Source of the DNA: Epiperipatus broadwayi
Taxonomy: Eukaryota > Animalia > Onychophora
NCBI GenBank assembly: GCA_028023455.1
Contig: JAQFVV010000007.1
Coordinates: forward strand, 5,704,001 to 5,768,000
DNA length: 64,000 nt
Reading direction: 5' to 3'
The translations under genes were made by a program, and so were the position numbers. Under the pieces are notes generated by a model. It did no database searches and was not told the DNA's origin. It worked only from the letters and a program-made list of their open reading frames with translations. Of the stretch, positions 12,461-25,700 are shown in pieces. Within the stretch, counting starts at the first letter, position 1, and each line of letters opens with the position of its first letter.

Positions 12461-14014
12461 ATGTGAAACAGTCATTACCACTAATATTATTATTTTATTT
12501 TTAATTCACAAAAAAATTATGACCTGCATTTAAAAAGGGAAACTTGAAATTAGTGTGCTATTTGAAAAAGTTGTCCCGATTAGGACTAAATTAAATAAAC
12601 TTTGATCAAATGTTGTGGGCAAATTTTTAAGTCAATAATTTTGTATATCCAAATGGCCTTTGAAGGAAAAGAGTCCACATCCCTGATCTGTTCGAAGAGT
12701 TTAAATATTTCATACTTAATGTGCTAAAGGACATTAGCAAGATCCAATCATTAATATCAATTAATGTCAAACATTACAAGTTCTATTACATCTTTATTGA
12801 TTGAATATTATCTTCAGATATAAATGACAAGCCTTGAGAATATTTTGACTGGATTAATATTAAATTAGAATATAAGTTTTTGAATGATATCAAACAAATA
12901 CAAAAATGAAGACACATTCTTGATAAATCAGTTGTTCTGAAACTTAGATTGTCAATTTGATAAGCAAATTGAATTACTCTAACTATTGAATAAGTGTATT
13001 AGTTTTAAGCCTTTGTTTAAATTATGTTGCATTGGATAAAAGTTCATGGATACCATGAATTTTAATATATATATATTATTAATAAAGGATGCTACAATTT
13101 GCTCCACTAGAGTGTGCCTCTGAAAAACTACACAAAATTTTTAAATGGCAATAAGACAATACATTGCTAAATCTCTCACATGGTAACGTTTACAACTGAA
13201 AACAAATTGACATTAAGGGTCATGATTTTTTTTATATATAAAATTTTATTTGTACCATTTAATGCATCAACACTCAAATGTGTATAATTTTGTCATTTAG
13301 CACCAAATTGGAAAGTTGTGAAAGGATTTTTGATTTGGCACAATGTTATAAACAATCACAAGAAATGTTTTAATGAATGACTGAAAATGTTATGACAACA
13401 GAAATTATTTTTTGCAAGTGCTCAACTGAGAGCATCATAGAGAAGATGGCAGCCTTCGATGTTCAAGTATGTCCCAAGGCTTTTTTTGATAAAAATTTAA
13501 TTTATGTGGATTAAACTCGTCAATGAATTTTAAAAGCAGCACTTAAAATGTCTTATTCAGAGTAATTATCTATGACAGAAAATTTTGCTACAGTATATAA
13601 AATTGGAAGAGACATGCCAGTATTATCTGAACTAATTTTTTTTTTTAATAGATGGGAAAAAAATGTTTTCATTGTCAATTATTTTATTTATAAAAAGAGA
13701 ATATTGCAGAATAATGATTTTCAGAGAACCTGAAGTAAAACTCTGAAATTCAATGTCATAAACATATTCAAAATAAATGAATATTAAAAAAAAATTTAAT
13801 ATATGAAATGATATTTACATTTAAATAAATATTTATGTTCATTTCTCTACCAAATTCTCTTTACCATATATGGTCAATAATCATTAAAGTAGGTGCAGGT
13901 AATATTACATTTAGAGTATATGTATAATATGCATGTAAAGAAATGTATAGTATAATTTTACAAAAATAAAAAATAAGTTTTAATTCAATAAAAATATTTT
14001 AATATTATAAATAG

Positions 14015-14107
14015 TTATTAATAGAAGTGTAGTGAAAGAAGAAACCTACTACCAATTCCACGAAACTTGTGAAAATGTATGCCTTTCTGAGTATTGTGTA
14101 TTAACAG
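14015..14107 (+). CDS. Nep1: Neprilysin-like exon: stalk with the first conserved cysteines
   Basis: Phase-1 exon VINRSVVKEETYYQFHETCENVCLSEYCVLT(A), matching the NEP 'CL..ECV..A' motif; donor G|gttggt. The acceptor is either aaatag (start 14015) or gtgtag (start 14033); both are in frame. Confidence 0.8.
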
Positions 14108-14869
14108 GTTGGTGTAAAGCTTTGAACATCTTTTTTTTTTACTAAATGCATATAATATTTAGTCTTATGTTTTTTTCTTGGTATAATGCAAATAATATAA
14201 TTAAATATCTAAATAGTATTATTTAATTAATGACTAAAATATTGCATTAATTACAATAATTCTGTTAGCATAAGACTTTTTTACTTTTTTAAATATTTTT
14301 TTAGTTAATTTTTATAGATTATAACATAATTCAGCAAATTTATCACAAAAAAATCATTCACTTTAGAGATGAAAAGGTGGGAAATAAGTTCAAAATTGGA
14401 AAGGTGTTATCTTACTCAAATTATTTATAGAAATTTTCATTCATGTGATCTAGGCAAAAAAAAACATTAGTATTTCAAGAATAAAAGCTGAATTACGTGA
14501 CACGTGCCACTTAACATTGTAACATATATTGAAATGTTGCTATGTGTTTATAGTAAATAAATAAATAATCAAATAGTTGTATTGCTTGAAAATTCATAAG
14601 AAACACAGAAGTAGGTACAACTTATGGGCTTTTAAGGGCAACAATCTGACACTCTATCATGCAGAACAACATTTTAATAAAGGATGTTGAAAAGTTTTAT
14701 TATAATACAGTTAATGGTATTTAATTCTGAATTAATATGATATATGTCTCTATTACAATTGCAATTATTTTGTGTGAGAGAAATATTAATAAATAAAATA
14801 AGAGTGTAAATGTGTTAGCTTATTAAAATAATATTTTTTACTCTTTTACTATTTATTTTAGTGTTGTTT

Positions 14870-15347
14870 AAACGAAAGTCAATTTCCAATAATGTGCTAT
14901 TTCTTAAATATTATAAATTCCACGCACTCACTTGGTGGTAAGGGTTTAAAAAAACTTAAGTGAATCACTTAAGTTTAGAGCATATACCAACTCTTACAGA
15001 CCATGCTTAAATCAGGGCTTGAGTCTATTGTGTGCCTGATGTTATAATCAAATATTCAATTTATAAGTCTATTTAACCCATCAGGAAAAAAAACAGTGTC
15101 TCATTTTTAACCACCTACGATTAGGCAAATATGACATATAAACGTAAATCTATTATTATAAAATGCTGAAAACTTTGAAATTATTCAAACGAAAGTCAAT
15201 CCTCAATAATGTGCTATTTTTTAAATATTATAAATTTCCACGCACTCGACCGCCAGTAAGAATTTTAAAAACTTAAGTGAATCACTAAAGTTTAGGGCAT
15301 ACATTCTATATACACCAACTCTTACAGATAATTCTTAAATCAGGGCT
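14870..15347. repeat. Pair of ~150-160 bp direct repeats (14870-15019 and 15187-15347)
   Basis: aaacgaaagtcaat...ccacgcactc...acttaagtgaatcact...ccaactcttacaga...taaatcagggct occurs twice. Confidence 0.85.
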
Positions 15348-16419
15348 GAAACTTGGATGACAAATTCTTGATATGTCAAGTTATAATTTGAAATAAAACT
15401 GATGTATTCTTGGCTTTGGTTCCAAACTTAATATTTGAAACTTTTAAGCCATTAATTTAAATAACAAAATGTAAATAAAAGTCACCATGACATGAATGAT
15501 TATGAAAACTTAATCAGAAAATCAGTCTTGAATGTCTGTTTATATCACCACCTGATATCCACTATTTAATTTAATGCTTGTTTGTTTGTTTAGGATAAAA
15601 ATATCATAATATCTGAAAACTGATGCAAGCATAGAAGTCACATGATATTTAATTTAGTATAATTCATCTTTTTTGCAGTAATGTCTTAAGTTGTTTTATA
15701 TCAATAAATAATTGCTGAATTATACAGTAAAAGTCTGACCAAACTTTAGAATATTATAACTTTTAAATTATTTAGTTTTAAATGAAAATATAGATTAAGT
15801 GGGACAGGATCTTCCACAACAAAGAAATCATCTAAAATCTAACATGGATCTCCTTGCATTTCTATGCACTGCACATATTTATCAAGAATAAGACAAAAAA
15901 CCATCACTACCATTAAATGAAATGCAAATATATATATATATAAGAAGACATTGACAGTTGCACAGTCAATAATAATGAACACAATCCCTGGGTTTAATAA
16001 AACTTACTTTAGAGACACCATGTTAAGACAAAACATTTTGTAATGAATATAGCATCACATGAAACCAGTTCATACAAAGCTGCTTAGCAGAAATTTTTTT
16101 CTCACCACATTTGTGCTATCTAGTGTAAGAATTAGTACTCAATAAATGCCAGATGGAAATACTTAAGAAATAGATATCCAATGCCATTCTTTCTAATATT
16201 TCCAGATTCATTTTTAGCTTCTTGGATCGGTGCACCTGAATCTTTTACATTTAATTCTCTTTTTCTGTAGCATTAATATTTTACATTTTTATACTTGTTA
16301 CCTTAATTACGAATTTTAATATGTTTTCAATCTGAGGCTAGTAGCTTGATAATAAAACAAAAAAGTAAAAGAGAAATGCTAGAGGGAAAATGTGTTAGGT
16401 AAAAAAAATCAAAGTTCAA

Positions 16420-16500
16420 GACGCTCTGACCTAAGATACAAAGTTCCTCAGTGATGAAAACTGTAAGCTAGAAACTAGCCTGGAAATATTGGTTAGGACA
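16420..16500 (+). repeat. Degenerate hammerhead-family copy
   Basis: ttcctca-gtgatga-aaac(tgtaa)gcta-gaaac-ta-gcc-tggaaatattgg; the core is mutated. Confidence 0.6.
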
Positions 16501-17959
16501 GAACTATGCTCACTGGCATTTATTAATTACTAAAGCTAACAGTAGATGGTGTAAATATGATGAGAAAGAAAGAATTTGCTGAAATACTTATTTTGGAGTT
16601 GATAAGATTATATCTCCTTTTTTGCATTTGTCAGTTAATCAGAGGGTTATACAAATTTAAATTGTTTTTTGTCAAAACCATTGATCTTATGTCTTCAAAT
16701 ATGATATCTTTGACAATACTAGTTTAGATCAAATACTAAGTCATTTTAAAGCACAACCTCAATATATGAAACAAATACATCATATTTGAGTTTGTCAGAG
16801 CCATTGTTATCAATGGAGATAAATTCTCGTTAATGACTACTACATTTATAAGATGCAAATGATTTTAAAATTTTGATGAAGTTAAAAATACAATAAATTA
16901 TGAGTATTAAATCAAAACAATTTTAACTCGGTATATAAAATCAATTCTCTTTTATTGAGTTAATCATACAATATTTAAATAAGGTAAATGTTATACAAAT
17001 ATAATCACTTTAAAAATCTTTATTCTTTTATTGGATGACTAATGTTTTATTGCTTAATTTTTTATGAAATTCTACTTTTAAGGAGTTCTCATTTCATTTA
17101 TTACTTTATATCTCCAAATGTGTTTTTAAGACATTGCTTTTTGACTCTTTTCATCTTTGATATCATTCCGCATTCAATTCATGTTTATCAAAGATAAGTC
17201 TATATAATAGTATATGCCTGAATTTAAAGTCTATTTTGCATTTAGTCTTTGAAATAAAAAAAAGCAATTATAAGCAATATAATTAAAAAATAAAATTGAT
17301 GAACCTAAATAAAGATAACTAACAATGAAAATTAAATTCTTCAGCATCATCCTAAAGTAATAAAATATTTTTCAGAATTTTTTCATGATTTTAATTAATA
17401 ATTACATTAATTTATTTCTACCAAAAAAATTTAAATTAAATATAAAAAATTGTTTTGTTGATCATTCTTTTTGTATTCACTGCCTATTTCTAACATGTTA
17501 TTTAAACCCTTATATACATACATTTATATTGCAATGGTCAGACTAAGTATATTTCAATATTTTACATTTCCCCTATTTATTTATTTATTACATGGGCACC
17601 ACCTGGCTTTAAGCATCAGGACATAAATTAACACGTGTATATTTAAAATAATATTTTATTCAATATAATAATGTGACCATTAAACAACTCCATTTGTAAT
17701 GTCGGTTATTCCTGATGACTGATGATAGAGCATGCAATCTTACATAAACAAAGTATAATAATAGATATACAAAGAATGTATAGAGAAAACTTTCATAAAA
17801 TATATTTTTAAACAGTATGTACTTAGCCACCTTTTGACTATTACAAGTCATAGACATAGCATAAGTATATGTTGTTATTACTAATTTACATAAAATTTAA
17901 ATATGAAAATTAATTTGGAAGAATAAACCATCTCTTAGAGAGAGATACACATGATTCTT

Positions 17960-18240
17960 TTCTATTGATGGTTTTTTTCACCTAAGATATATCATACCTC
18001 TTTAATTTTTTGTATATTCCTGCATGCAATGCATTCTATGTTGACAAATGAAGAGAAATGTTCAAAAAATATTGAGTGTGTTTGCTTTTGTTCTAGCTTT
18101 ATTATATAGGTATGTATGTTGGGATATATGCATAGATAAATTTGTCTGAAATTTCCCATAGTAAACTGAGGGGCCGGTGGGTTCCTGGAATTTGATTTTA
18201 TAAACAACTTGAGAGCAGAGGTTAATTGCTAATCTATCCT
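17960..18240 (-). mobile_element. Second Penelope-like GIY-YIG remnant
   Basis: The reverse complement translates NLCSQVVYKIKFQEPTGPSVYYGKFQTNLSMHISQH (VVYKI...YYG...L..R/H I.QH pattern). It lies inside the insert that is absent from block copy 2. Confidence 0.5.
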
Positions 18241-19097
18241 TTGCATTGTTGAGAACCTGTAGTACATAAAATGACTTGATGAATGATAATAATAATTTTA
18301 GTAATGCACTGGGTCATATTAGATATATAGAGAAGAGACATCCAAGGTTTAGAGTCGTTGGGGGGGGGGGGTAGAAGATGTTGTGTTTTATGATAAAAGT
18401 TTCTGATGGTTTATAAAAGTATATCTACTTTTATAAACCATTTTTATATCTGAAGTTACGCAATTCAGAAATGTATTTGTTGATATTATCCTTCTATTCA
18501 AACTTACATAAATAAAGGTTATGATGTAGGAAGGTTTTAAGACCCACAAGTTTGTGAAAGCATGATATTAGAGAGTCAGGATGAATGAAACCACAAAAGT
18601 GCATTTGTTTAATAACCATTTTGTAATTTAATGTGAGAAAATTTAGTTTGAATTAAAGGTTATAATTTTATAGTTATTAACAAAGCAACAAATGTAATAA
18701 TAATTTATTTACAAGTATACTTATTAATTGATGTACAGTTTATTTTCTTTAATAAAATTAACAAATCACGTAACAGTAATTTATTTACAAAGTATAATTA
18801 AAATTAATTGGCATGCAATTATTTCTTTAACAAAGCCCTTTAATTTTTATACATCATAGTATCAATATATACATAGATAATAGAAAACATTCACTGTATC
18901 ACTAATCTTAAATATAATTCTACACATGTATAAATTTGTAAATATAACATTTTTTGTCTTGTGTATTGCCTGAATTTACACAGATACATGATCTATATAA
19001 GATAGACATCAATGCTATCTTTATCACAATAATAATAAGGAATGGTCTTTTTAGATCCTAATTCTAAATATAACTGTTTACATAATAACTGCAAAGG

Positions 19098-20028
19098 TGT
19101 AGTGTTTTGTAAAAATGGCAGACATGTTTGTGCACTCCAGAAAAACTAGAATGTATTCAAGAGGTTGTTTTTAGATCGCGCGCTGATAACTGTGGAATTT
19201 AATTAAGGCATTGACATAATGGCGATTGACAATTCCAAGAAATATTTGCTGATTGCAAATATTTCTAGATAAGAGACGTTACCTTATTGGATGGTGTATT
19301 GATTGATTGTTGCAGTTATCAGAAAGCGATAAGAAGACTGGGTAACAACTACTCAGAGCAGTATTGGAGTAGCAGACAGTATTGAGTGCATCTACAGTAG
19401 AGTTACTGTTCAATTCCAGTAGGAGACATCTAGCATCAGTGCTTGTGATTAATGTCCAGTGCCCGGTGGAAATGTAGTTCACGGGTATAGCTGAAGGAGA
19501 CCACAGCCTAAGGAAACCATCTGGATAGCAGCTGAATAAAGAGTTGAGTTTGCAGTGGTTTTCAAGTGAAGTAGACTGTTGCAGAGATGGAAGCGATAAG
19601 GAGCTTAAGGTCAGTCACAGTGCTTACTAGAAGAGTTTGTGTGCAGCTAAACTGGACTGGGGCTAAGGTATGTCCATTGTGAACCATTTTTGTAGCAGCT
19701 AGCCTGAAAGAACATCGTGGGAATTGAACTTTAGCAAACTGTAGAAATAGACTCGTTGCAGACCATTCGTTGGAGAGCATCCATTTGCAGACCATTCGTT
19801 GGAGAGCATTCGTTGCAGACCATTCGTTGGAGAGCATTTGTTGCAGAGCATTTCGAGCAGAGCATCCGTTGCAAGAGAACAGCGTGGGAATTGAATGTTA
19901 GAGAACTGTAAAGATAAGAGTATTGCAGACTACATAAAATCTTGTGAGTCTTATTGATAGTTATTTGCTGACTGCACAGTCATACTGGCAGATAAAACAT
20001 TGGCACAGTCAGACTGGCGAATATAACA
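19098..20028. mobile_element. Solo LTR, 931 bp
   Basis: Starts TGT and ends ACA, with an exact 5-bp TSD AAAGG (19093-19097 and 20029-20033). Absent from the paralogous block at ~23610. Retains CpGs and has internal tandem repeats at 19750-19870. Confidence 0.9.
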
Positions 20029-21549
20029 AAAGGAATGGCCTTTTGGTTCTAATCCTAACTGAATAAACTTTCTATACAATAATTATAAAGAATGATCTTT
20101 TGGTCCTAAACCTAATTTAATACAACTACAATTTATACAGGGATGACTCATTCTGAGATTGTTCCCTAACTCATTAAACTAATAGGAATGTATTCTCCCA
20201 TATGGATGTAAACATATGTAAATTATTAAACATTGAACAAACAACTGTCATATATGAATACATCTATATAAAATTCATTATTCAGTAATAAGTTTAGCTA
20301 TGAACAAATGAGACTAATGGAAATAATTACATTGTTACCCATGGTCATTTGAGACTTAAGCAATTTATATGTGTGCATTGCATTTACAATATTATCATTT
20401 TTCTACTTCTTATATAAAATTCATAAGCTTAGCAGATATATATGATATATAATAATTTTTTAAAAATATATATAATTTTAACAAAGAAAAGTTATTGCAA
20501 ATTCATTTCTCTTTTTCTTTTTTTTTTTAACTGACAGTTCCTTTTTTCAAAATAATATCTGGATAACAAACATTATTTACAATTTCAGATTAGTTAAAGT
20601 AATAATAAATTTGTTTCACCAGTACTTCGTAATTAATACAATACACTTCAACGTAGGCGTTTAGCCAGTATTAAGATTCAGAATTTAGTAATTTCACCTT
20701 TATACGTTGACGCTTTACTACTTTTTCACAAATATTAAAACTTCATTTGTGATGATATTATAGTCTTGTAATGTCTAGCTGCCTTTTAATTTAGCCTATT
20801 TTTTCATTTCAGCTAGAGATGTTCAAAATATTATTCAAAATTTTTCCAGGTCAGATCTAATTAACTGTTAGTATTGATCTTTCTTTTTATCCACAAAGCA
20901 TAAGTGGATTGCCATGTGGGATTTGAATGGAGTATTTATCCCAGCCTGCTTAACATAAGTGAAAAACTGATTTTATATCAACGCTTAATCTTCTCTTGAA
21001 CCTCATTTTAGTTTTTTAAAAAAGAAATTTGCATATCATTTTGCTTAGAAGAAAAAAAAATTTTTTTATTGAAATGAATTATTTATTTCAAATTCTCAGA
21101 CTTAAAAATAAATAAAAAATGATTGTACTTATTAAAAGTTATCTTAAAGTCCATTGAGCATTTTACAAGCTGTTATTCACACACTGCCTGGTATATGATT
21201 GTTTAACTATAGTTTGATATTACATTTTATCTGGATGCTTTTCATTTTCTGACAACTGTGGTGAAGCAATTGGTGTGGGAGAAAATTGTATTTTATTGCT
21301 TCCTAGTTGTAAGTAATGTTGACAATCAGTAAAATTCTTGTTGTGCATAACTCTGTAGAAATACAATACATCTGCATAACACATATTTAATGTTTGATTG
21401 ATACCAGTGGATTTCTTTATTCATTAGATTAATTAGTATTAGAAGTGTGTCTTCATTTAGTTTTTGTGTAAATAGTGATTCCATTTCATTTTGGAAATAA
21501 AAAACTTTGTCCTATTTTTATTTGCATTTGTTTATCCAACTGTGAGTTT

Positions 21550-22300
21550 ATGGGTGACACTTAATATAGTACATCATCCATCTAACTTGTGTTGTAAACC
21601 TTTCTGAGTATATCTTGAAGCTATTGGTCATTTGTTTGAAAAAGTTCATGTTCACTTTGTATATTTTTCTCAAGTAATTCTGGGTCTGATTCAATTAAAA
21701 GTTCATTATATATTTTTGGTTCAGTTTCTGATTTTAAAAACAATTGAGTCTGGTCTTTGTCCATAATTTGATTCATTGTTTCTTGAATTTGTACTTGCTC
21801 ATTTTTTGGCTCATCATCTATTTGATTTAAATCATCTACTTTTTGCACTGATTTGGATCGTTTGCAAAACTTATTTATCATTTGAGCCATATATTTATAA
21901 TGCTCATCCATAGTTTGATTTATTTGCTCCATTTACTTTTGATTATTTTCCACAGTTTCATTTATTTGCTTTTGATTATTTTTTTGATTGTTTTTCATAG
22001 TTAGATGTTTCTGCTCCAAGTGTTTTTAATTATGTTTCTCAATTCCATTTGTCTAAATAATGTATTAATCATCTGCATCATGTCTAATTGTGATCATGTT
22101 ACAATATTTTCATGCATTTCTATTTCTTTATTAATGTCTTTATGTTTTACTTGTTGCATGAATCACTATCTGGATGGACATTGTTTATATCCACTGTTTC
22201 TAAGCTATCTTCCTCACAGCTAGTTTCAGAAGTATTTGATTCCAATATTTTCTTCTGCCCTTCATCCTTTTTATTTTTCATTCTCTATTTTAATAACCAT
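21550..22300 (-). mobile_element. Decayed gag-like coiled-coil coding remnant
   Basis: E/Q/K/N-rich reading frame including ORF 21621-21932, with stops upstream. No diagnostic motif seen. Confidence 0.35.
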
Positions 22301-22433
22301 CAAGATTTTAAATGCAATAAACTTATTACATGCAATACAATTATAACTGGATACTCCATTAACAATGCTAATTATCCCCTGGAACACCTCATATACTTGT
22401 ATTTATATATAGAACTATTTCCATCATCTAATA

Positions 22434-22574
22434 TGTATTGAACATCTGAAGAAGAGAGGAGAATAATATCTCTCAAAATGTTGTGCATATACTAACCTGT
22501 GTGCTCTTATACTAACAGTTGAATGTAATTGGAAATTTAAATAAAGTTTCATTTTTCTAAAGACATTCAATACA
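22434..22574 (+). mobile_element. Very short solo LTR candidate, 141 bp
   Basis: TGTATTGAA...TTCAATACA terminal inverted repeat, internal AATAAA, and TAATA on both flanks (22429-22433 and 22575-22579). The TSD is AT-only, so a chance match is possible. Confidence 0.65.
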
Positions 22575-22849
22575 TAATATTAAATGATGAAAATAATTCA
22601 ATATATAAATATAACTAAAACATCATCATCACAAACCTTCAGGAAACATGACATATACTTGTATGTCTTCTTCATAGCACAACTTGCTTTGTTTTTTTTT
22701 TGTTTTACAATATAATTACAATATATAAAGAAAAATAATATTGTCTGATCGATCATATCAATTGGTTACTTGAGGCAAATGGGAATTTACAACAAATACA
22801 TTCATACCCACATCCAGGATGAGCAAAAATGTACAAATACCAGCTGTTA

Positions 22850-24592
22850 CTATGTAATGATCAGACTAAATATATATTAATATTTTACATTTTTTTTATT
22901 TATTTATTTACATCAGCCCCACCTGGACTTAAGTATTAGGATATAAATCAACATATGTATATTTAAAAAAATATTTTATTCAATATAATAATGTATCCAT
23001 TAGACAGTCCTATTTATAATGCCATGCTAAATCACAGAGAATTTTACTCCTCATGAGTGAGGATAGATGCCAATCTTACATAAATAAAGTAACAAATCAT
23101 GATAATAATTTATTTATAAATGTACTTATTAATTGATTTACAATTTATTTTCTTTAATAAAATTAACAAATCATATAATCTCCAAGGCTATGATTATGGA
23201 GTACCGAAACTCTGAAAGCACTCAGCCTAAATAAATTGTTATATGGAATAGTTTCACCTTCAATACATTATTAAATCATATAATAGTAATTTATTTAGAA
23301 AGTATAATCATTAATTGATATGCAATTATTTCTTTAACAAAATCCTTTAATTTTTATACATCATAGTATCAATATATTCATAGATAATGTGACACATTCA
23401 TTGTATGTTTAACCCTGACTTCAATAAACTTAAATATAATTCTACATGTGAATGATAAATATGTTTCTTTGATTTGCATGTCTTCTAGTACTTACATATA
23501 CATATGTTCTATGGGTATAGACATCAATGCTATCTTTATCACAATAATCAAAAGAAATGGTCTTTTTAGATCCTAATCGTAAACATAACTGCTTATATAA
23601 TAATAACTATAAAGGGATGGTCTTTTGGTTCTAATCCTAACTGAAATACCTTCTATACAATAGTTAAAAGGAATGGCCTTGTGGTCCTAAACCTAATTTA
23701 ATACAACTATAACATTTACACAGATGACTCATTCTGAGATTGATCCCTAACTCACTAAACTGATAAAAATATATTCTCCCATATTGATGCAAACATATGT
23801 AAAATATTAAACATTGAACAAAAAAACTGCACATATATAAATCCATTTAGATAAAATCCAATTTTCAGTAATCAAATATAATTTTAACTATGAATAAATG
23901 AGGATTAATGTAAATAATTACATCATTAACCATGGTTGAGACTTAAGCAATTTATATGTGTGTATTACATTTATAATATTATCATTATTTTTCTATCTCT
24001 TCCTCTTATTAATAACTTATATAAAATTCATAAGCTTAGTGTACATATGTGACATATAATAATTATTTTTTTTTTAAATTTTAACAAGTATAGAGAAGTT
24101 ATTACAAATTCATTTCTTTTTTTTTTTTAATGAGTTTTTTTCTTCAAAATAATACCCAGATAACAAACATTATTTACAAATTCAGATTAGTTAAAATGAA
24201 GTATAAATCAGAGATTTTAAATATATGACTCACCAAAACAAAATAATTTTATTTAATTCTTTCTGATAAATATTAAAAGTCAATTTATGGTGATAATATG
24301 GTCTTGTAATTTCTAGCTGCCTTTTAAATAAGCCTATTTCTTCATTTCTGGCAGAGTTATTCAAAATATTCAAAAATGTTCCAGGTCAGGTCTAGCTAAC
24401 TGTTAGTAATGTTCTTTTTATTCACAAAGCATAAGTGAGGTCCTGTGGTATTTCAATGAAATAAGATCCCAATCTGTTCAAAAGAAATGAACAACTGATT
24501 TTATATCAATACTTAGTTTTCTTTTAAGTATCATTTTGGTTCTTTTTTTAAACCAAATTTGCATATCATTTTGCTTAGAAGAAAAAAAAAAT
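22850..24592. repeat. Copy 2 (uninterrupted) of the duplicated block
   Basis: Collinear with 17530-21060 apart from the two insertions; three tandem ~55-60 bp units at ~23555-23720. Confidence 0.85.
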
Positions 24593-24654
24593 CCAAATAA
24601 ATAAGATTGTTCATTTCAGTATATATAAAGCTTAAAGCTAAACTAGTCAATAAA

Positions 24655-25365
24655 ATAATCAAAATTATCCCATATTCACAACTAAACCAGATTAGCCAAA
24701 GAAAATAAACTCTACAACACACCTAATGGTTTCCCTGTTACAAGAAGATTTTTCAAGTGTAAAGGACTAAAAAATAACAAATTTATATTAAATATTACAA
24801 TTCCATTTACATCCCATACACCCTTAATATTAAAAGAACTATTAAACAAGTTAATTCCTTCAGAATCATAAATTTTTAATAATAAAGATCCTTTCATTTT
24901 TTATTTAATGTTTTTCAAAAAAGATAATCTTAAACCTCATCAAAACTAATAGTGTGTCATGTATCTTTTTCATGGATACATGAAGCAGAAATGAATATTT
25001 CTAACCAAATAAATAGCTCAGTTCTACTATATATATATCTATGAAAAAGATACAGACCATTCTATTAGTGTTGATGAGGCTAAGGTTATCTTCTTTGAAA
25101 GAAATGAAATAAAGAATAAAAGAATATTTATTATTAAAAATTTATGACTCTGAAGCAATTAATTTGTTTAAAATGTCTTTTAATATTAAGGCTGTGTGGG
25201 ATGTAAATGGAATTGTGGGTAATATTTATTATAAATTTGTTATTATCTTGTAATCCTTTTCACTTGAGAAGTCTACTTATAGCAGTGAAACCATCAGTTG
25301 TGTTTTAGAATTTATTTTCTTTGGCTAGTCTGCTTGAGTTGTGAATTTGGGATAATTTTGATTAT
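24655..25365. repeat. Diverged fold-back element (~250 bp arms, ~200 bp spacer)
   Basis: ataatcaaaattatcccatattcacaac... at the left end is the reverse complement of ...gttgtgaatttgggataattttgattat at the right end, and the arms are collinear throughout. Confidence 0.85.
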
Positions 25366-25538
25366 ATATATCTCATTAAAATCAGTCAACCCTTAGCAAT
25401 CCTTATATCAATAACAATCAACAATCTAAACCTGTCATGTGTGTGTGTATATATATTATTGATGAAAATATTAATATATCTAATCATAAACTATGTTTTA
25501 ATATGTAAATTAAATAATTGTTCTAATACTTTTTTAAG

Positions 25539-25700
25539 CTGCATCGCTGCTACATGTAATGAATCAAACAGTTGATCCGTGCTCAGATTTTTATGAATAT
25601 GCTTGTGGTAACTGGAATAAACAAAATGAAATTCCTGATGATAAAAGTAGTTATGATACATTTGTGAAGTTAAGAGATGATGTTAGCTTGATTGTCAAAG
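25539..25700 (+). CDS. Nep1: Neprilysin-like exon with the DPC.DFY.YACG.W motif
   Basis: Acceptor ttttttaag, donor G|gtatta. Translates (A)[53 protein letters not shown], the hallmark N-terminal motif of peptidase M13. Confidence 0.95.

Larger units (their letters stand above)
17530..21060. repeat. Copy 1 of a duplicated ~1.7 kb block, interrupted by a ~0.9 kb insert (~17755-18680) and a solo LTR
   Basis: Collinear with 22850-24592 from tggtcagact to gcttagaagaaaaaaaaa. Contains ~55-60 bp units beginning ggaatggtcttttggttctaatcctaa. Confidence 0.85.

Noticed and set aside
19279-19837. ORFs 19279-19482 and 19562-19837 as genes
   Set aside because: They lie inside a solo LTR, and the repetitive peptide just mirrors the DNA tandem repeat.
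20860-20970. Tyrosine-recombinase-like peptide (KQAGINTPFKSHMAIHLCF) on the minus strand
   Set aside because: The catalytic H-x-x-R motif is missing, and the paralogous copy near 24430 does not preserve the frame or motif.
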